Both the position numbers and the translations under genes were made by a program. The notes under the pieces are model-generated. The model worked only from the letters and a program-made list of their open reading frames with translations, did not search any database and was not told the DNA's origin. A DNA stretch of 62,842 nt, the filler included, from Diploschistes diacapsis (lineage: Eukaryota): NCBI GenBank assembly GCA_023645945.1. It is 5 parts of 5 records of this genome, joined end to end, with 100 filler letters (N's around TTAATTAATTAA, not from the genome) between each part and the next. Parts side by side here need not be neighbours in the genome. Positions count along the whole stretch, not along the records: positions 12,609 to 25,112 come from JALAIB010000734.1; positions 25,213 to 37,714 come from JALAIB010000735.1; 3 more parts are not named here. One strand, written 5' to 3'. Positions 22,898 through 35,519 of this stretch are shown in pieces. How positions within the stretch are numbered: the first letter of the stretch is position 1; each line of letters begins with the position of its first letter.

Positions 22898-24635
22898 GCG
22901 GCCAGGGAATATTACGGATAATTTGTACATCAGACACCTCTTCCATTACTTGGTGGCCATTCAAGAGCCGAAGGGACGCTTCAGATCAATCATAAACAGA
23001 CCTGAGATACTTAAGCACTCCATAGAGTTTTTTTAAAAAGATTTACTTTATGATTGATCAGAAGCATCATCCGAGCTTTTGTTTAGGCCTAAAATGGACG
23101 AAAAGGTGCCTGGTGCACAAATGATTGTTAATATCGCCTGGGAGTCCATCTGCGCCTTCTACTGTTCGTTTTCCAAGCCTCGAAACCCTGCTGTCCTCGG
23201 CCGTTTTGCCCCATTCAGATAGCTTAAGCAGGAATTGAACTTTGTCCCCCGCCGTGATGATGATATTTCAGAGTGATATGCGTGGTAAAGGATCGGTCTT
23301 GTATTTCCACAGTAGTCGCTCACAAGGTAACTACTCCATCCACGCCATGCCTCTGACTCTCTGCAAGGAACACTATCCCAGCTTCCAGCGCAGCCCCTAA
23401 GCAGCGCCCCGCAGCCGCTTGAAAACCTCTCTCCTCGTTTATATATTTCATCGCTCACCTCAATCAAGGGAGCAGGTGGTCATGGCTTGGGGCTATAGAA
23501 AGGCGCCTTGAGACGGGAAAGACAATATGCCGAATATCGAGAAAGCAAGAACCGCAAGGCCCTACAGCAATTTGTTGTGGTCGATAAGAACAGGAAAAAA
23601 GCTCACTAGTAAAGAATGCATTGATCGCAATGGGTACCACTTGGGTCAGGGGCTCAGGCTGTGATTCTCTCCTCGAACCCGAGTCCGAAACCCGAACCCG
23701 ACTTCAGATACGCTCCGACTTCTCCGAAACCCCCGAATGCGAGCTCTTTTACATCTCGATCAAGCAGGTAATGCGAGAATGCGAGCTATCCGAGCGGACC
23801 AAAATCAGCGCCAACCAACACATTAACTAGGTTTTCACTAGACCCATGGCCTCACGGCTGTGCATCTTCTTCCCACGTTGTATGATCTGTCCACACCAAA
23901 ATCCCATTCGACGCGCAGGGTCCGTTATGGCGATGGCCGCTGGAGCGATATTCAACCTACTTTATGAAGGTCAGGGGTGAGCAAGCCTGCGCGGCCCTGA
24001 CCGGGGGCCAGCGCATGGCTTGCCTTGGTCGGTGAGCTGACCATCCGCTTCCTACCCCTGGCAAGCCCGGATTCGAATATCCTGTAGTGTGCGATGCGTG
24101 TGCGATTACGAGAACGAGGAGTGTCGGTGTATGGCACGGGCGATTCTGGTTCTCAGGTGCGGATGAGGCCGATAAAAGGAGAGAGGGGGGGAGGGTGTGA
24201 GTGTGGTGGGGATGGTATGAGCGGATGGATATATATATATATGTGTCCTCTTTCTGCTCTCTGGTAAGCCTTTTGTACGCATTCTGTTTCATTGATTCAA
24301 TCTCCATTTCAAAGCTGTTTTCAGTGTATGGTTTTCCGGAGCGAGAAGCGCCGACATCAGTTCAGATCTCTGGAGTTATATACTAGTGTCCAGTCTTCCC
24401 TTTTTCATTCGACTCATTGACGGGTTTACCTTCTCCAATATAAATCGCATCCCTCATCCCTCATCACTTTTCATCCCAACTTCCCCAGCTCCAAGCCTTC
24501 CATCTTCCACCTCCTACTATCCTCCTGCTATCCACCCAGTCTTCCCTCCTCTTCCACTCCCTCATCTCCCTGCTCTCCCCCTGCACCCTCTCCAAACCGG
24601 AACGCTGCGCCTGCAACCCCCTGGTCTGCAATCGA

Positions 24636-25100
24636 ATGGGCCTCCTAAAAGCCAGCCTCTCCCTCGGCGCCATCGCGCTCGCAGGCTCCTACGTCAACAA
24701 AGCCGTGGAGCGGCACGACGAGGCGAAATACAACTCCAACAACCACCGCAACAACAACAACAACGACCCATACCTCCCCGATCCGCAGCAGCAGCAAGGC
24801 CAACAGCAAGGGCACCGTAGAAGAGATGGGAAAAGAGGAGCAGAAGGAGAAAGGGCGGGGGAACCCGAACCGCACGCCCTCGCATACGCTTGCTACCCCG
24901 ATCCCCCGGGTATTCGGCGCGCGGGGACGCACATGGCGTGGTGCAACGGCACGTGCGGCGGCGTGTGCGCGGGGCGAGGTGGGGACGCGGTCGCAGCAGG
25001 CGAGCAGCGGGGGGCAAGGCATGTGGTGCTGCCGCCGCCGCCGGCGTACGAGGAGGAGGCGCGGGCTGCGGCGATGGGGAGGATTGCTAGGGGCGTTTAG
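24636..25100 (+). CDS. Small hypothetical protein (154 aa) with N-terminal hydrophobic/amphipathic segment, N/Q-rich linker and HxxWCxGxCGGxC motif
   Basis: Open frame from ATG to TAG, TATAAA upstream (~24439), pyrimidine-rich leader, GC3-rich codons, PPPAYEE motif near the C-terminus. Confidence 0.65.
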   Translation: MGLLKASLSLGAIALAGSYVNKAVERHDEAKYNSNNHRNNNNNDPYLPDPQQQQGQQQGHRRRDGKRGAEGERAGEPEPHALAYACYPDPPGIRRAGTHMAWCNGTCGGVCAGRGGDAVAAGEQRGARHVVLPPPPAYEEEARAAAMGRIARGV

Positions 25101-25112
25101 CGGGGGAAGATG

Positions 25113-25212
25113 NNNNNNNNNNNNNNNNNNNNNNNNNNNNNNNNNNNNNNNNNNNNTTAATTAATTAANNNNNNNNNNNNNNNNNNNNNNNNNNNNNNNN
25201 NNNNNNNNNNNN
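25113..25212. other. Artificial contig spacer
   Basis: N44-TTAATTAATTAA-N44. Confidence 0.99.
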
Positions 25213-25612
25213 CCCCCCCATTGCTCTCACCACCGCCCCGGCCGTTGCCATTACCATTGCCGTCGCTACCGCTCCTCACCCAGGTTCCCGCTTCTCGCTT
25301 CCTTCCCTCTCTCACGCTCTCTCACCTCTCGCCTCGACCGGCCCAACCCGCCTTCCTTTCCGTTCCTTTCCTTTCCTTTTCTTTCTCCTTCCCCCCCTGC
25401 TTCCCTTTCCTCCTCTGCTCCTCCCTGGTAGAAACGCTTGTATCAGCCCTGTCCGCACGGCCGCCCGTGTTATGTCAAGGCAAGGCAAGGCAAGGCCCCC
25501 GGTAGCCCGCTTCACGTGGCAGGGCTCCGTGAGTCATTCCCGTAGCCGTGACGTAGTTCGTTTTCGCGTAGCAGGTCCTTGTAACGGGGTTCTTGTAGCG
25601 GGCTTCTCCACG

Positions 25613-25620
25613 GTAGCAGT

Positions 25621-25676
<56 letters not shown>

Positions 25677-25677
25677 C
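25613..25677. repeat. Compound (GCA)n(GTA)n trinucleotide microsatellite
   Basis: Read directly; it produces spurious poly-A/V/Y/C/L/T ORFs. Confidence 0.95.
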
Positions 25678-25974
25678 CGCGTGTGTTGGTCGAATGGTGG
25701 CTGTAGCAACGGTGACGGTGACAAATATAGTGACAGTGGCAATGGAAAGCACGGGCGGTATTAGGTATACGTCGCGATACAAGCCCCCCCCCCCCCCTTT
25801 TCATGCCCTTTTTTCTTTTCTCTCGACTTCATTTCTGTTTTTTTTGCGGCGGGTTTTAGCTGTTCTTTCTTGCGCTCTCCCGGTGAGGGTTCGATGGCTG
25901 GACTGGACAACTGGGTAGCTGCTGGCCGTGTATCCATTATACGGTATACGGAACTTCGGCTTGGATATAGGGAG

Positions 25975-26725
25975 GAATAGAAGCGAGGAGGAGGAAAAGA
26001 AGATAAGTCGAATGGAAGGGGAGGGCTTCAGCTTAAAGTTAGAAGGATATTGATTTACTATCGTGTGGGGAGCGAAGGAGGGGAAGTGGGAAGTGAGAAA
26101 GTGGCAGAGGCGAAGGTCGTTAATTAATAGATGAGTAAGCTAGCTGCTGGACAAAAGAGATCAGAGATTTTAGCGGCGGAGAAAGAGGCATAAAGAAGAA
26201 AAGAAGCGGAATGAGAACTCGATTTGGGTTTTTTAAAAAGGAAAACAAAAGAAGCAGGATGAGACGGGGAAGGTAACTAAGTAGCGAGTGAAGGGGATAA
26301 GAAATCATAAAAAAGAAAAGCACGCGAGGTGCCTGAGAATGGGGAGTAGGAGCGCGGGTAAAAGAGAGAGGAAGGGTGTCGGGTACGGAAGACGGAAAAG
26401 AGGGAAGAGAACGAGTAAGGAAAGAGTTACGGGAGCGGTTTAATTCGATAAAGGTCGATGAGAGTATAGAAAGGGAGAGTAAAGAAGATATAGCGAGAAA
26501 ATAGGGACATGAGGGGATGATCAAAAGAAGAAGATAAGAATAAAATTAGGGAAAATGGGTAGAATATGTACAAAACAAGAGAGGGGATTTGGGAGCGGGG
26601 GAAACACAAGAAAGTTGAGGAGAAAGATAAGACATTGGGCAATAGGAGGAAGAGAGCAACGTACTCGGAGATTTAAAGAGATAGAAAGGTAAGATACATA
26701 AGGGAGGAGGTATTAGATATTGGAA
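25975..26725 (+). pseudogene. Purine-rich, C-depleted degenerate coding-like relic (possibly a RIP-mutated repeat or gene fragment)
   Basis: An E/K/R-rich reading frame (..EDGKEGRERVRKELRERFNSIKVDESIERESKEDIARK*GHEG..) punctuated by TAG/TAA; CpA appears scarce by eye. Confidence 0.35.
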
Positions 26726-27215
26726 AGGTACCTCTGTATATGATGGCTTACCTACTATATAATCAAATTGAGATCTTTTGGACCAATAAAGTTAGTATCG
26801 AACTATACCTCCACGCCTCTGGCATAATATTGTCCGCGCGTGCTTTTACCCAGCCCTTACTTGGGAGCCGCTTCGTTGCTGCAAGGTACATTAGGTACTT
26901 TCGCGTGACCACAGTAGGTTAGAGATAGGAGGAAACTTGGTGGGTATAAACGTGATAGCGGTCATGGGACTGGATACCTGCCTGTACGCTGATGTCTAGC
27001 CCTCTGGGATGTCTCCTTCCCCCGAAGAGCTTCTTTTCCCTCCTACATATGGTCCAGGATCTTTCAGATTGTCGATCCAACCCTCAATCAATGACACGTC
27101 CTTTCGGATCAGCTTTTCATCCGCTCCGCTCCGTTCCTCAAGCATCACCTACCTTCCTGATACCCTACAGTTTCCCCTTCCCCTTCCAACCCCCCTCTTT
27201 CATATGCCTCAACCT

Positions 27216-28386
27216 TCAGATATGCGCCCTAATCGCTTGCCTTCCTTCCCACGTCTCGCCTCCCTCCAGCTTGTTCCACCTCGCCACACTCCCCGCCTCC
27301 ACGCAAACCATCTTCTTCCAGGCATCTTCTGGCGCAAAGTCGGACATGCCCTTCGCCTTCTCCGACCAGGGGTTCCATACGACGACGTCCCCGAGTCCTT
27401 CGCGGCGAACTTCATACACGGGACGACCGGAGGACAGAACGGTGACGGGCTTCTGTTCATGGTCCCCAAGCTGCGTCTCGGAGGCGGGATTGGAGTAGAT
27501 GCGGTCGGTTTCGGAGGTGAAGGTCAGAGGCGTGTTGCTGGCATCGGATTGAGATTGGGAGGAGGACACTTTGTCGATAAATGGAAGGGATTCAAGGCCG
27601 GAAACTGTGGTGGTCGAGATGTCCTGCGTTGCTTGTTAGCGATGCAAAGGTGGAATGATGGAGTTCGAGCACAGGGAGGATCTGGATATCGAGTACGACA
27701 TACCTGGACGGCCAGATATGTATGGAACAGCGCCCTGAACTCCAACGGCGAAGCCCCAGTGTTGGCGACCTGCAAGCTTGTTGCCAACTCCCCGGAGGAT
27801 AGGGTAATGCTATAGGTCAGGCCAAAAGCGTGTGGCCAGGCGGCCTTGTCCTTCTCGTCAAGCATAGCATCCGAGAGTCCAAAATCGAGCTTAACGGAAG
27901 CGTCCGCGCCGCTGGAGCCTATCGCGAAGGACTCCGACGACGTCTTGCCGAGGTATTCCCAGCGCGAGGAGCGCGCAAAGCCATGCTGAGGAAGCTTGGA
28001 CGTTGGCTCGTGAGAAGAAGAGGGCGGACCGAAGAGCTTAATAGGGCAGCGTCAGCGATGCAGTACGTTGGTAGGTCAATGGGGACGGCGGGGTGGGGGG
28101 GCAGTGTCATGGATAAAGAAAACTAGCTTACAGGGAATACGAGAGGAATCCCTCCCCGGACAGGCTTTGACCCATCGAGGTGAGCCTTGGAGCTGAGGAA
28201 GAGATTCTCCTTTCCGCTGCCGGACTTCCAGGAAACGACGGTGGCCCCGTGCAGCAGAACCTCGATGCGGTCACCGACCGGCAGAGAAGCCACCACGCGA
28301 GAGTTGTCATGGGAGATGGTGACGAGCGGGGCAGGTACCGAGGGGGAGATGGGAATCTCGGAGGGCTTCTTTGAGCGTTCGACCAT
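27216..28386 (-). CDS. Glucose-6-phosphate 1-epimerase (aldose 1-epimerase/galactose mutarotase-like); exons 28386-28132, 28036-~27704, ~27624-27216
   Basis: [84 protein letters not shown]; canonical introns. Confidence 0.92.
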
Positions 28387-29668
28387 TGTGGTGATCTCTC
28401 TGGTACGGAAGTGTGACGGTGCAGCGACTAGAGGGTTCAATTGCTTGCTGGGCAACAAGGATGGATGCAGTAGAAGATATAGACGGTCAAGGTCGTATGA
28501 CAGACAGACGTTGGTGGGGCTCGGAGGACTCCCAGGGGTGTAGGAAAGAAGGGCGTCTATAGACAGCTGTGACGGTATTGGAAATATTGGAATATGAATA
28601 GGAATAGGAATAGGAATAGGGACAAGTAAGGGCAAGAAGAAGAAGAAGAAGTTCTGTGGGCAAGTGAGCGAATGTCAGCAGCGCGCAGGGAGCAGGGAGC
28701 AGGGAGCAGAAGTATGAAGAGTGTGGTGGGGGTGGTGGCCTTGGTGGGCAAACCTGAAACAGTTAGGTGGTGGTGGGGGTGGGTAGCCATCAATAGTCCC
28801 TGAACTCTTCCTCTCTCTTCTCTCTCACTCTCACTCACTCTTTCTCATTCTCTTTTCCGGTCTTCGAGTTCATCGTAGAGAATGCTTACTAATAAATGTA
28901 TCAAATGGAAGGAATGCCATTGGCGATAGATAGATAGATAAATAAATAAATCACATGTCGCCACTCTCCAACCTGAAACTCTCCGGCTTGCTGATAAGTG
29001 GCCAGCAAGATATACTACAGTAAACGTATCACAGAATGCAAGAGTCGTCTATCAGCACAGCACAGAAAGCCAGAACAAGCTCACGATGCGGTACATCCCG
29101 AATAATTGATACTAATAACGCGAACAATTTAGTAATGCAACCCCCTACTCAACGTTATGTTAGATAGGACAGCTCACAGGACAGCCCCCCCCCAAAAACG
29201 CACAACTTGACCTTGTATTCACGTAAAAGGAAAATGCGAGAAAAGCTCGTTTGGTAGTCATAGCCACAGCTACAGCAGCAGTAGCGATACATAATTAAAT
29301 CAATATTCTACCCACCCTACTCCATCGCTATGCACTCGATAAGAACCCAGGCCAGCCATGCTATGCTAATGCTATGCTCCCCGACGATGCTCAAAATACT
29401 CAAAACGCAACCAACCGATCAATAGCAAAGAACGTAATCAACTCCCAAACACCACGCTTTAATACCCTTCTCGATCCCATCCATCCATGCCCTATCGTAG
29501 CGATTCGCTCGAGCATGGTGAAAATCCATAACGACAACAGTATCGACTTCATGGCATGCTGTGCTGGCTCTTCCCCTCCCCCCCCGGAACGCAAGGATAA
29601 CCGAGATTCGATACCGCCAGGCTTTTCGGAATCGGATCACAACCCGACCTCTCCCGTCTTCTGCCATC

Positions 29669-32600
29669 TCACTTGCCCATCGACTTCATCGCAATCTCCA
29701 TCAGCTGCATCGAAAGCCGCATGAACGACACGCTGTCCTCGGCCGGAACTCCCCTCTTGGCCATTTCCATCGCTGCTTCGAGTGTGGAAACGAGGCCGCT
29801 ATTATCTCCGGATGCCCTGCTGGGTTCTCCGCTCGGCTTTGAGCCCGGTTCCGGCGCCGCACGAGTGGCTTCCTCTGATGGGCCCCCCTCTCTTCGCCTT
29901 TCTGCCGCATTGTTTGGGGCAAGCTCGCCTCTCGTTTCCATGAGCGCTGTTGCTGTGCACCTGCCTTTCGCAATGTGCTTCGAGACAAACGAGTCGCCAA
30001 CAGTAGCCTCGTCAGATCGCTGTGACGCCCGCACCCGGATCCCGGGACTGGACTTTGAGTGTTGTGAAGACCGACGGTGGCGCTCGTGTTCTGGCGAGGA
30101 CTGGGACCCCGAGATCGCCTCGACCTTCGAGGACCGCCGTGATTTCTTCTTGGGCCTTGAGATACCTGGCTCGGCTTCGCTTGTGAAGGACTCCTTGGTC
30201 TCGGTGTGAGCTCTCTCGCGAGGACCGGTTGAGCCATGCACCGAGGCTGGGCTGCCTTGCTGTGCGGTCTGCGGTGGTAGGTTATCCAGCTGCGCGACAA
30301 TGATGGTGTCTTCGATGACTTCTTCCGCTGGAGTCTCTCGTTTTCTCTTTGGTCGTCCTCGTGGTCTGTTGCCTTTTGGCTTTGTTGACGATGCTTGAGA
30401 AACCATGGCTATGGGCGAATTATAAACAGTAGTGTCTTGCGAAGCGCTTTCCAGCTCCCGTGCAATTTGACTGGAGACAAGATCGTTGTGGTCAGATGCG
30501 TATTCCTCCACTGCATTATCCAAATCACACAAGTCGTTAATTGATGGGTGCTCCGGCGTAGCCCGGTGAAGTGAATACTTTTCTGTCTCTTTATTTCCAG
30601 AGTCCGGAACCTCTAAATACGCCGAACTTAGGTTTGATGGTCCATCTGTAAGCAAAATATCTGCAGCAGCTTCGTTAGGGTTGGGTGCCGTGACAAACAA
30701 TTCTGAAGCTGTTTGATGTTCAACTTTGTCCCCATTGACACCGGACCCTTTTTCGGTGCTGTTAGGATTCGCTGTCCTGGGTTCTGTTTTGACAATGTCA
30801 TCATGTTTATCCGGCATTTCTTGCTTCCATTCTGCCTCCTCTGCACCTTCCGTAAGTGCATCAACAAAACTCCGTCCCAACTCCTCTTCGCTTTCCATAT
30901 TTTTTTCTGGACCTGCTGCAAATATGTGTTTATATTTATCGATTGTGTTTTTCTCCACTTCATCTTCTAGAACTTCTGCATCTTCAATGACTGTATGTCC
31001 AGTTATCTGGGGGTTTTCCTGGCTGTCCTCCACATGTATCGGCTCCAGTCCTTCCATCCTCTCACTATTTTCTATCAGTACTTCAGGTAACTCGCCTACT
31101 GCAACAGAAGGCGGTGAAGAGGGAACCTGTAGATCTGGGCCGACAAGCTGAATTTCTGAATGCGGAGAGGAGACCTGGGCTAGTCTTGTCAAAGGCTTGG
31201 CCCTAGATGACGAGCTTCTCTGACTTGGTGTCGGCGAGGAACCCAAGAAATGTGTCATGTTATCGGTGGTTGGTAGCGTAGGTGACACAAGCTCCTTGGA
31301 TCCACCTGAAGCTTCGACCATGTCGCGTTGGCTGAGCTGCAGTCGTGGCGTTGCCTCTTTTCGGGTGGACGGTGCCGACTTTGGACTTGAACGTAGGTCC
31401 GGGAACAATGCTGCAGCTTCCCGATTTTGACGTTCCCTGACTTCCTTTTGCCTGTCTGTTAGAAGCCGAGAGTCTATAGCGCCTAGGATCGAGGGCGAGG
31501 AATCAATGGCAGCGAACTCAATCTGTGAATTGTCATGGCGTAGGCGCGGAGTCGCCCGCTCCGACGGGTTTTTACGCTTAGACAATGGAGAGGGCTCTGG
31601 GGTTTTCATAGGCGCAGACGATACCATCTCGGCAATTGTATTTGTAAAATCATTCAGTGGGATTCGATGCGTGCTCTCTTTCACTAGTAGTTCGGGATTC
31701 TGTACTTGCCGACCAAGATATTCTGGAGTATCTGCAAACTCTATTGGCGTAGACTGAGCCTAATACAACTGTTAGTTAGGGTTTGGTCCCAATGAGTATC
31801 CTACAAACCTCCGAATCATTTTCTTCGACACACAAGCTGGGAAGCTGTAGCTCAGCATGGAAGCTTAATTTGTAAAGCGCTGCGCGTAGTAGCTGAGGAT
31901 ATTCCAAGTGCTTCGCCCGTCCGAATGTGGAATTCCAGAATATGATCGACTGATTCACAATGGCTTTGTGTCTGCTAGTGAACCCGACAATTAACGGCTC
32001 CATATTGCTGAGGAGTGCAGTATCAAAGCGTACGAGCGTACGGAATTTTTTCAGAAATGCGGCCCATACTTCAACAACCTAGTACCCCGTTAGCAAAGAC
32101 AAGAAGTCGGATGTGAAGATCCTACCTCCTTGAACAAGGTCTGTGAGTCTAAGTTGCTGGTGTTCAAAACTTGATCTGGGTCTGTTACCCAAGATTCGAA
32201 GCCTTCACGAGCTTGAAGGAGCAGGAAAACGGCGAAAGAGGGAGGACAACGTTCAACCAATCTCTTGATGGCGTTCAAGGTACGGTATCTTAGGTCAGTT
32301 GAGACCGCTGAGGATTTGTACGCTGCAGATAGAAGGCGTGAACACAGTGGATATAGATGTTTGAAGTAGGCTAAGCTCGCACTTTGGATACCTCTGTGAG
32401 AACCATAAAGCTTGCGCTGCGCCAACACTTCATCTTTCTGGAAAGCGGGCCAGATGACCTTATCGACAACGGAGCATATCGGCTCAAGGCTTTTTTGAAG
32501 CTTAGGTGCAAACTCAGATAGGAAGAAATCAGCTAGTGGCTCAATCACATAGCGGACAGAGCCAATCAAGCCAACCGTGTTTTGTGCTTCGCCATCAAGA

Positions 32601-35104
32601 ATGTCCAATAGAGTATACCATGTCCGCCACCCTCCAAACCTGCTGAGTCGAGCCCCCAGTTTCAGGATGTTCACGGCTTTTGCAAGAAGAAGCGTATGCC
32701 CTCTCCGCCCATCAGCAGATTCTGATTCACTCTCGTTCAGTACGTCCTGGAGACGCTCCGCAATAGCATCCCAGAGGACAACTTTCGAACTTGGGAATTC
32801 TCCAGGTTTGCTAGCCAAGTGTCCTGTAAGCTCCCCTAAACTATTTACTTTGGACAGGGGTGAGGCAGATACAGCCAAAAAGATGTCAAGTAGCGCCTGC
32901 AGCGTCGCTTCGTATGAGGCTAGTGTTGGTCGAACTTTGCGATTGACAAGAATATCAAAGAGATGGAACAAAGGCGAGATGGGTTGTTGAGTTCCTTTGG
33001 AAATACCAGTAATCACATCTGATACTTGGAAGCCCCGCCAGGATTCATGTACTAGGCGCTTCTCAGTGAAGGCTACTAGCCCAATATTGTCAACAGCGGT
33101 CCGCATGAGCATGGCGAACCTCTGCGATGTCTGGCCATCGTCCTCAGCAAAACTGGGTCTCTCAGCAAGTCGATGCAGTCTAGTTAAGATCTCTGCCACA
33201 GCGGCCATGGTCTCTGTGGAGGTCTTGACTTCTTTGGAACCTGCATAGCTAATAGCTTTCGTAAGGTTTTGCCACACTTGTAAGAATAGCTCTCCATTTT
33301 CTGGATCCCACCAGTAATCCTGTTCGATTAAGGAGTCGACAAGCTGAAAGACTAGATGTGCTCGGGATCGGAGCCATTTGACATCAAGACTAGGGAGCTC
33401 TTCTGGCTTCAGCATTGCAGCTTTACTTATTCGGTCAGCATCCCAGACTGGGGTCGAATTCGTATTAAGAAGCGCTACGAGCGTCCGGCTGATGATTTCG
33501 GGTTCTATTAGAGGCCTGGGCTGTGTTCTCGTCATGACCGGGTGCACAAACTCCTTCCAGTACCTTTCTGTAGTCTGAAAATCCACTCCAGGACGAAAGG
33601 CATAGTAGAGAAGGGTGCCGTATGCAGCATACGTGATTCGTCGCCCTTCTCTCGTCTCTTTGCTGAAACTCTTGAAGCGGCCCATTTGAGATTCCAAAGG
33701 AGCTAGAAGCAACGAAGAGGTACTGGGGGAGGTGCTAGCATCCGGCGATATGGCACAGATCAACCGGGTCCATGCTTGATTAGCTTGGCTCTTAACTTTG
33801 AGATCACTCGAGTTGAAACACTTCTGGAGTACTTTGAGCCAGGGACCAGCGTACTTCCATTTGTCAAACGGCCGTTCCTTATTCCGGAGAAACATGACAC
33901 CAACGCTCCATATCTGCGACACATGCGTAGCATGCTCCTTGGACTCTGCCCAAGCAGCCAAGCGGTCGATGACAGCCTGCGCGTAGCCTTTCCCAGCGTC
34001 CTCTCCAGATGCTGTCTTGCTGAACAAATCTCGGAAAGCTTTGGAAACTTGATGTTCCGTGCCAACGTCACGACCTGCAGATAGTCCAAAGTCGATGGCC
34101 CGGACTCGAATTTCTTTAACTGCGGAGAGAAGGCAACTGAATAGATGGTCCATCCAGTCACTAGCTCGTGCAGTCATGACAAGCCTGGCCTGCTCCTGGC
34201 GAAGCATCTTTTTATAAATTGCAACTTTGTTTGCCGTAACAGATTTGCTCTTGAAGCGCTCCTCGATCCCCTGGAGCCCTGTGAGTAACCGATTGGCTTT
34301 CTCTTTTGTCATGACTTTCGGTCCAAAGTCTTGGGTGCTCAAAAGGAAGAGGTATTGGTTGAGAAGGTTCTTTGACGTCCCGAGGCTGGCAGTAGCGCTA
34401 ACGGCATGATTAAGAATGAAGGACTGAAAGCCATGAGAGAGGGTGTTCTTGGTCGGATCAGACCAGAGGAGCGTGGTAGTGAGCCTCACAGCCTCTGCGA
34501 CCAGCTGAGAGGCCCGTGGGCTTTCCGTCGATTTTACCTCTGACAGATCTCGTTGGATAAACCCGGTCAATAACGGCAGCTTCTCCACCAGAGCCTGCCG
34601 CGAGGGGAGGTCTTTGTATGTTTTCAAACACCCATTGATCACCATATAGGCGTCGAACCGAGCGCTCACGTCCGGGCTTGCGAGCCCTCGCATCATCTCT
34701 TCGAGCATTGTCGGGAAATCACGGTCATCAAGAGGAGCAGGATCACTTGACAAAGGATCGGAGGCCAACAGGCTTCCAGAACGTTTGAGTATAGATCTGA
34801 TCGGTCTTAGGCCCGCCGAACTCTTCTCTGAAGCCGGTGTTGACCCTATATTCTCCAAGTCTTCGATGTTGTTCGGTGTTGAAATGAAACTGACGCGTTT
34901 GGTACCCCGGCCGGATGATTTGATAAAGTGCTCGGTAGAAGATTCGGGAGATTCATGGGGAGTATCAAGTGGACGTGGAAGCAAATTCGAAGATAGCATG
35001 GCTAATGCAGAATCACACATTTCTTTGTGGTCATTAGAGTCTTTTGGTGGTGTGGGAGGTCTGGTATGCAAGTTTAGACCGGCGAAAAGAGAGGGTGCAT
35101 CCAT
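29669..35104 (-). CDS. RIF1: Telomere length regulator Rif1 (~1779 aa); exons 35104-32126, 32078-31809, 31759-29669
   Basis: N-terminal RPPTPP and PP1-docking motifs KRVSF (RVxF) and SILK; HEAT-like Rif1_N region (WLKVLQKCFNSSD, LLYYAFRP, LKPEELPSLDVKWLRS); LRHDNSQIEFAAIDSSP..SRLLTDRQKEVRERQ; long disordered tail. Confidence 0.92.
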
Positions 35105-35519
35105 GGCTTGAGGGATTGAATAAAAATCAAGTCAATCCCATTCAAGAAAGTCTTTAGACTTCCCAAGCAGACATATTGATGGAGGAAGTCAAGGTCAGCA
35201 CGCAGCGACATTAAGAAGCGCCCTACCCAGCAGTGAGCGCTGGAGAGCACGCGAGGCAGGCATGAAGGGAGTCGCGTCTCTTTCGTGGAGGTGAATTTCT
35301 CATTGGAGTCTAGCGTGCCTAATATGGATTAACTTCGCTTCCGCCACTTCATAAACCCGCTTCTCATCTTTAAAGTCCTTTCTAACGTCCAACGGCTGTT
35401 TGCAAACATCACCTCTCCCTCTTCCCTACTTTTCTTCGTCCATTCCGCCCTGCCCGTTGTCCTTCTTGTGGTCTTTGGCATTGTCTGGCCTGGGAATCTG
35501 ATATTTATTGAGCATATCA

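Noticed and set aside
23650..24140. Possible two-exon minus-strand gene (…LLTPDLHK / LAFSHYLLDRDVKELAFGG…)
   Set aside because: Splice signals are plausible, but there is no recognisable product or clear start; could be chance.
25221..25918. Homopolymeric ORFs (poly-V/A/Y/C/L/T), also at 50425-51529
   Set aside because: Translations of trinucleotide microsatellites, open in several frames at once.
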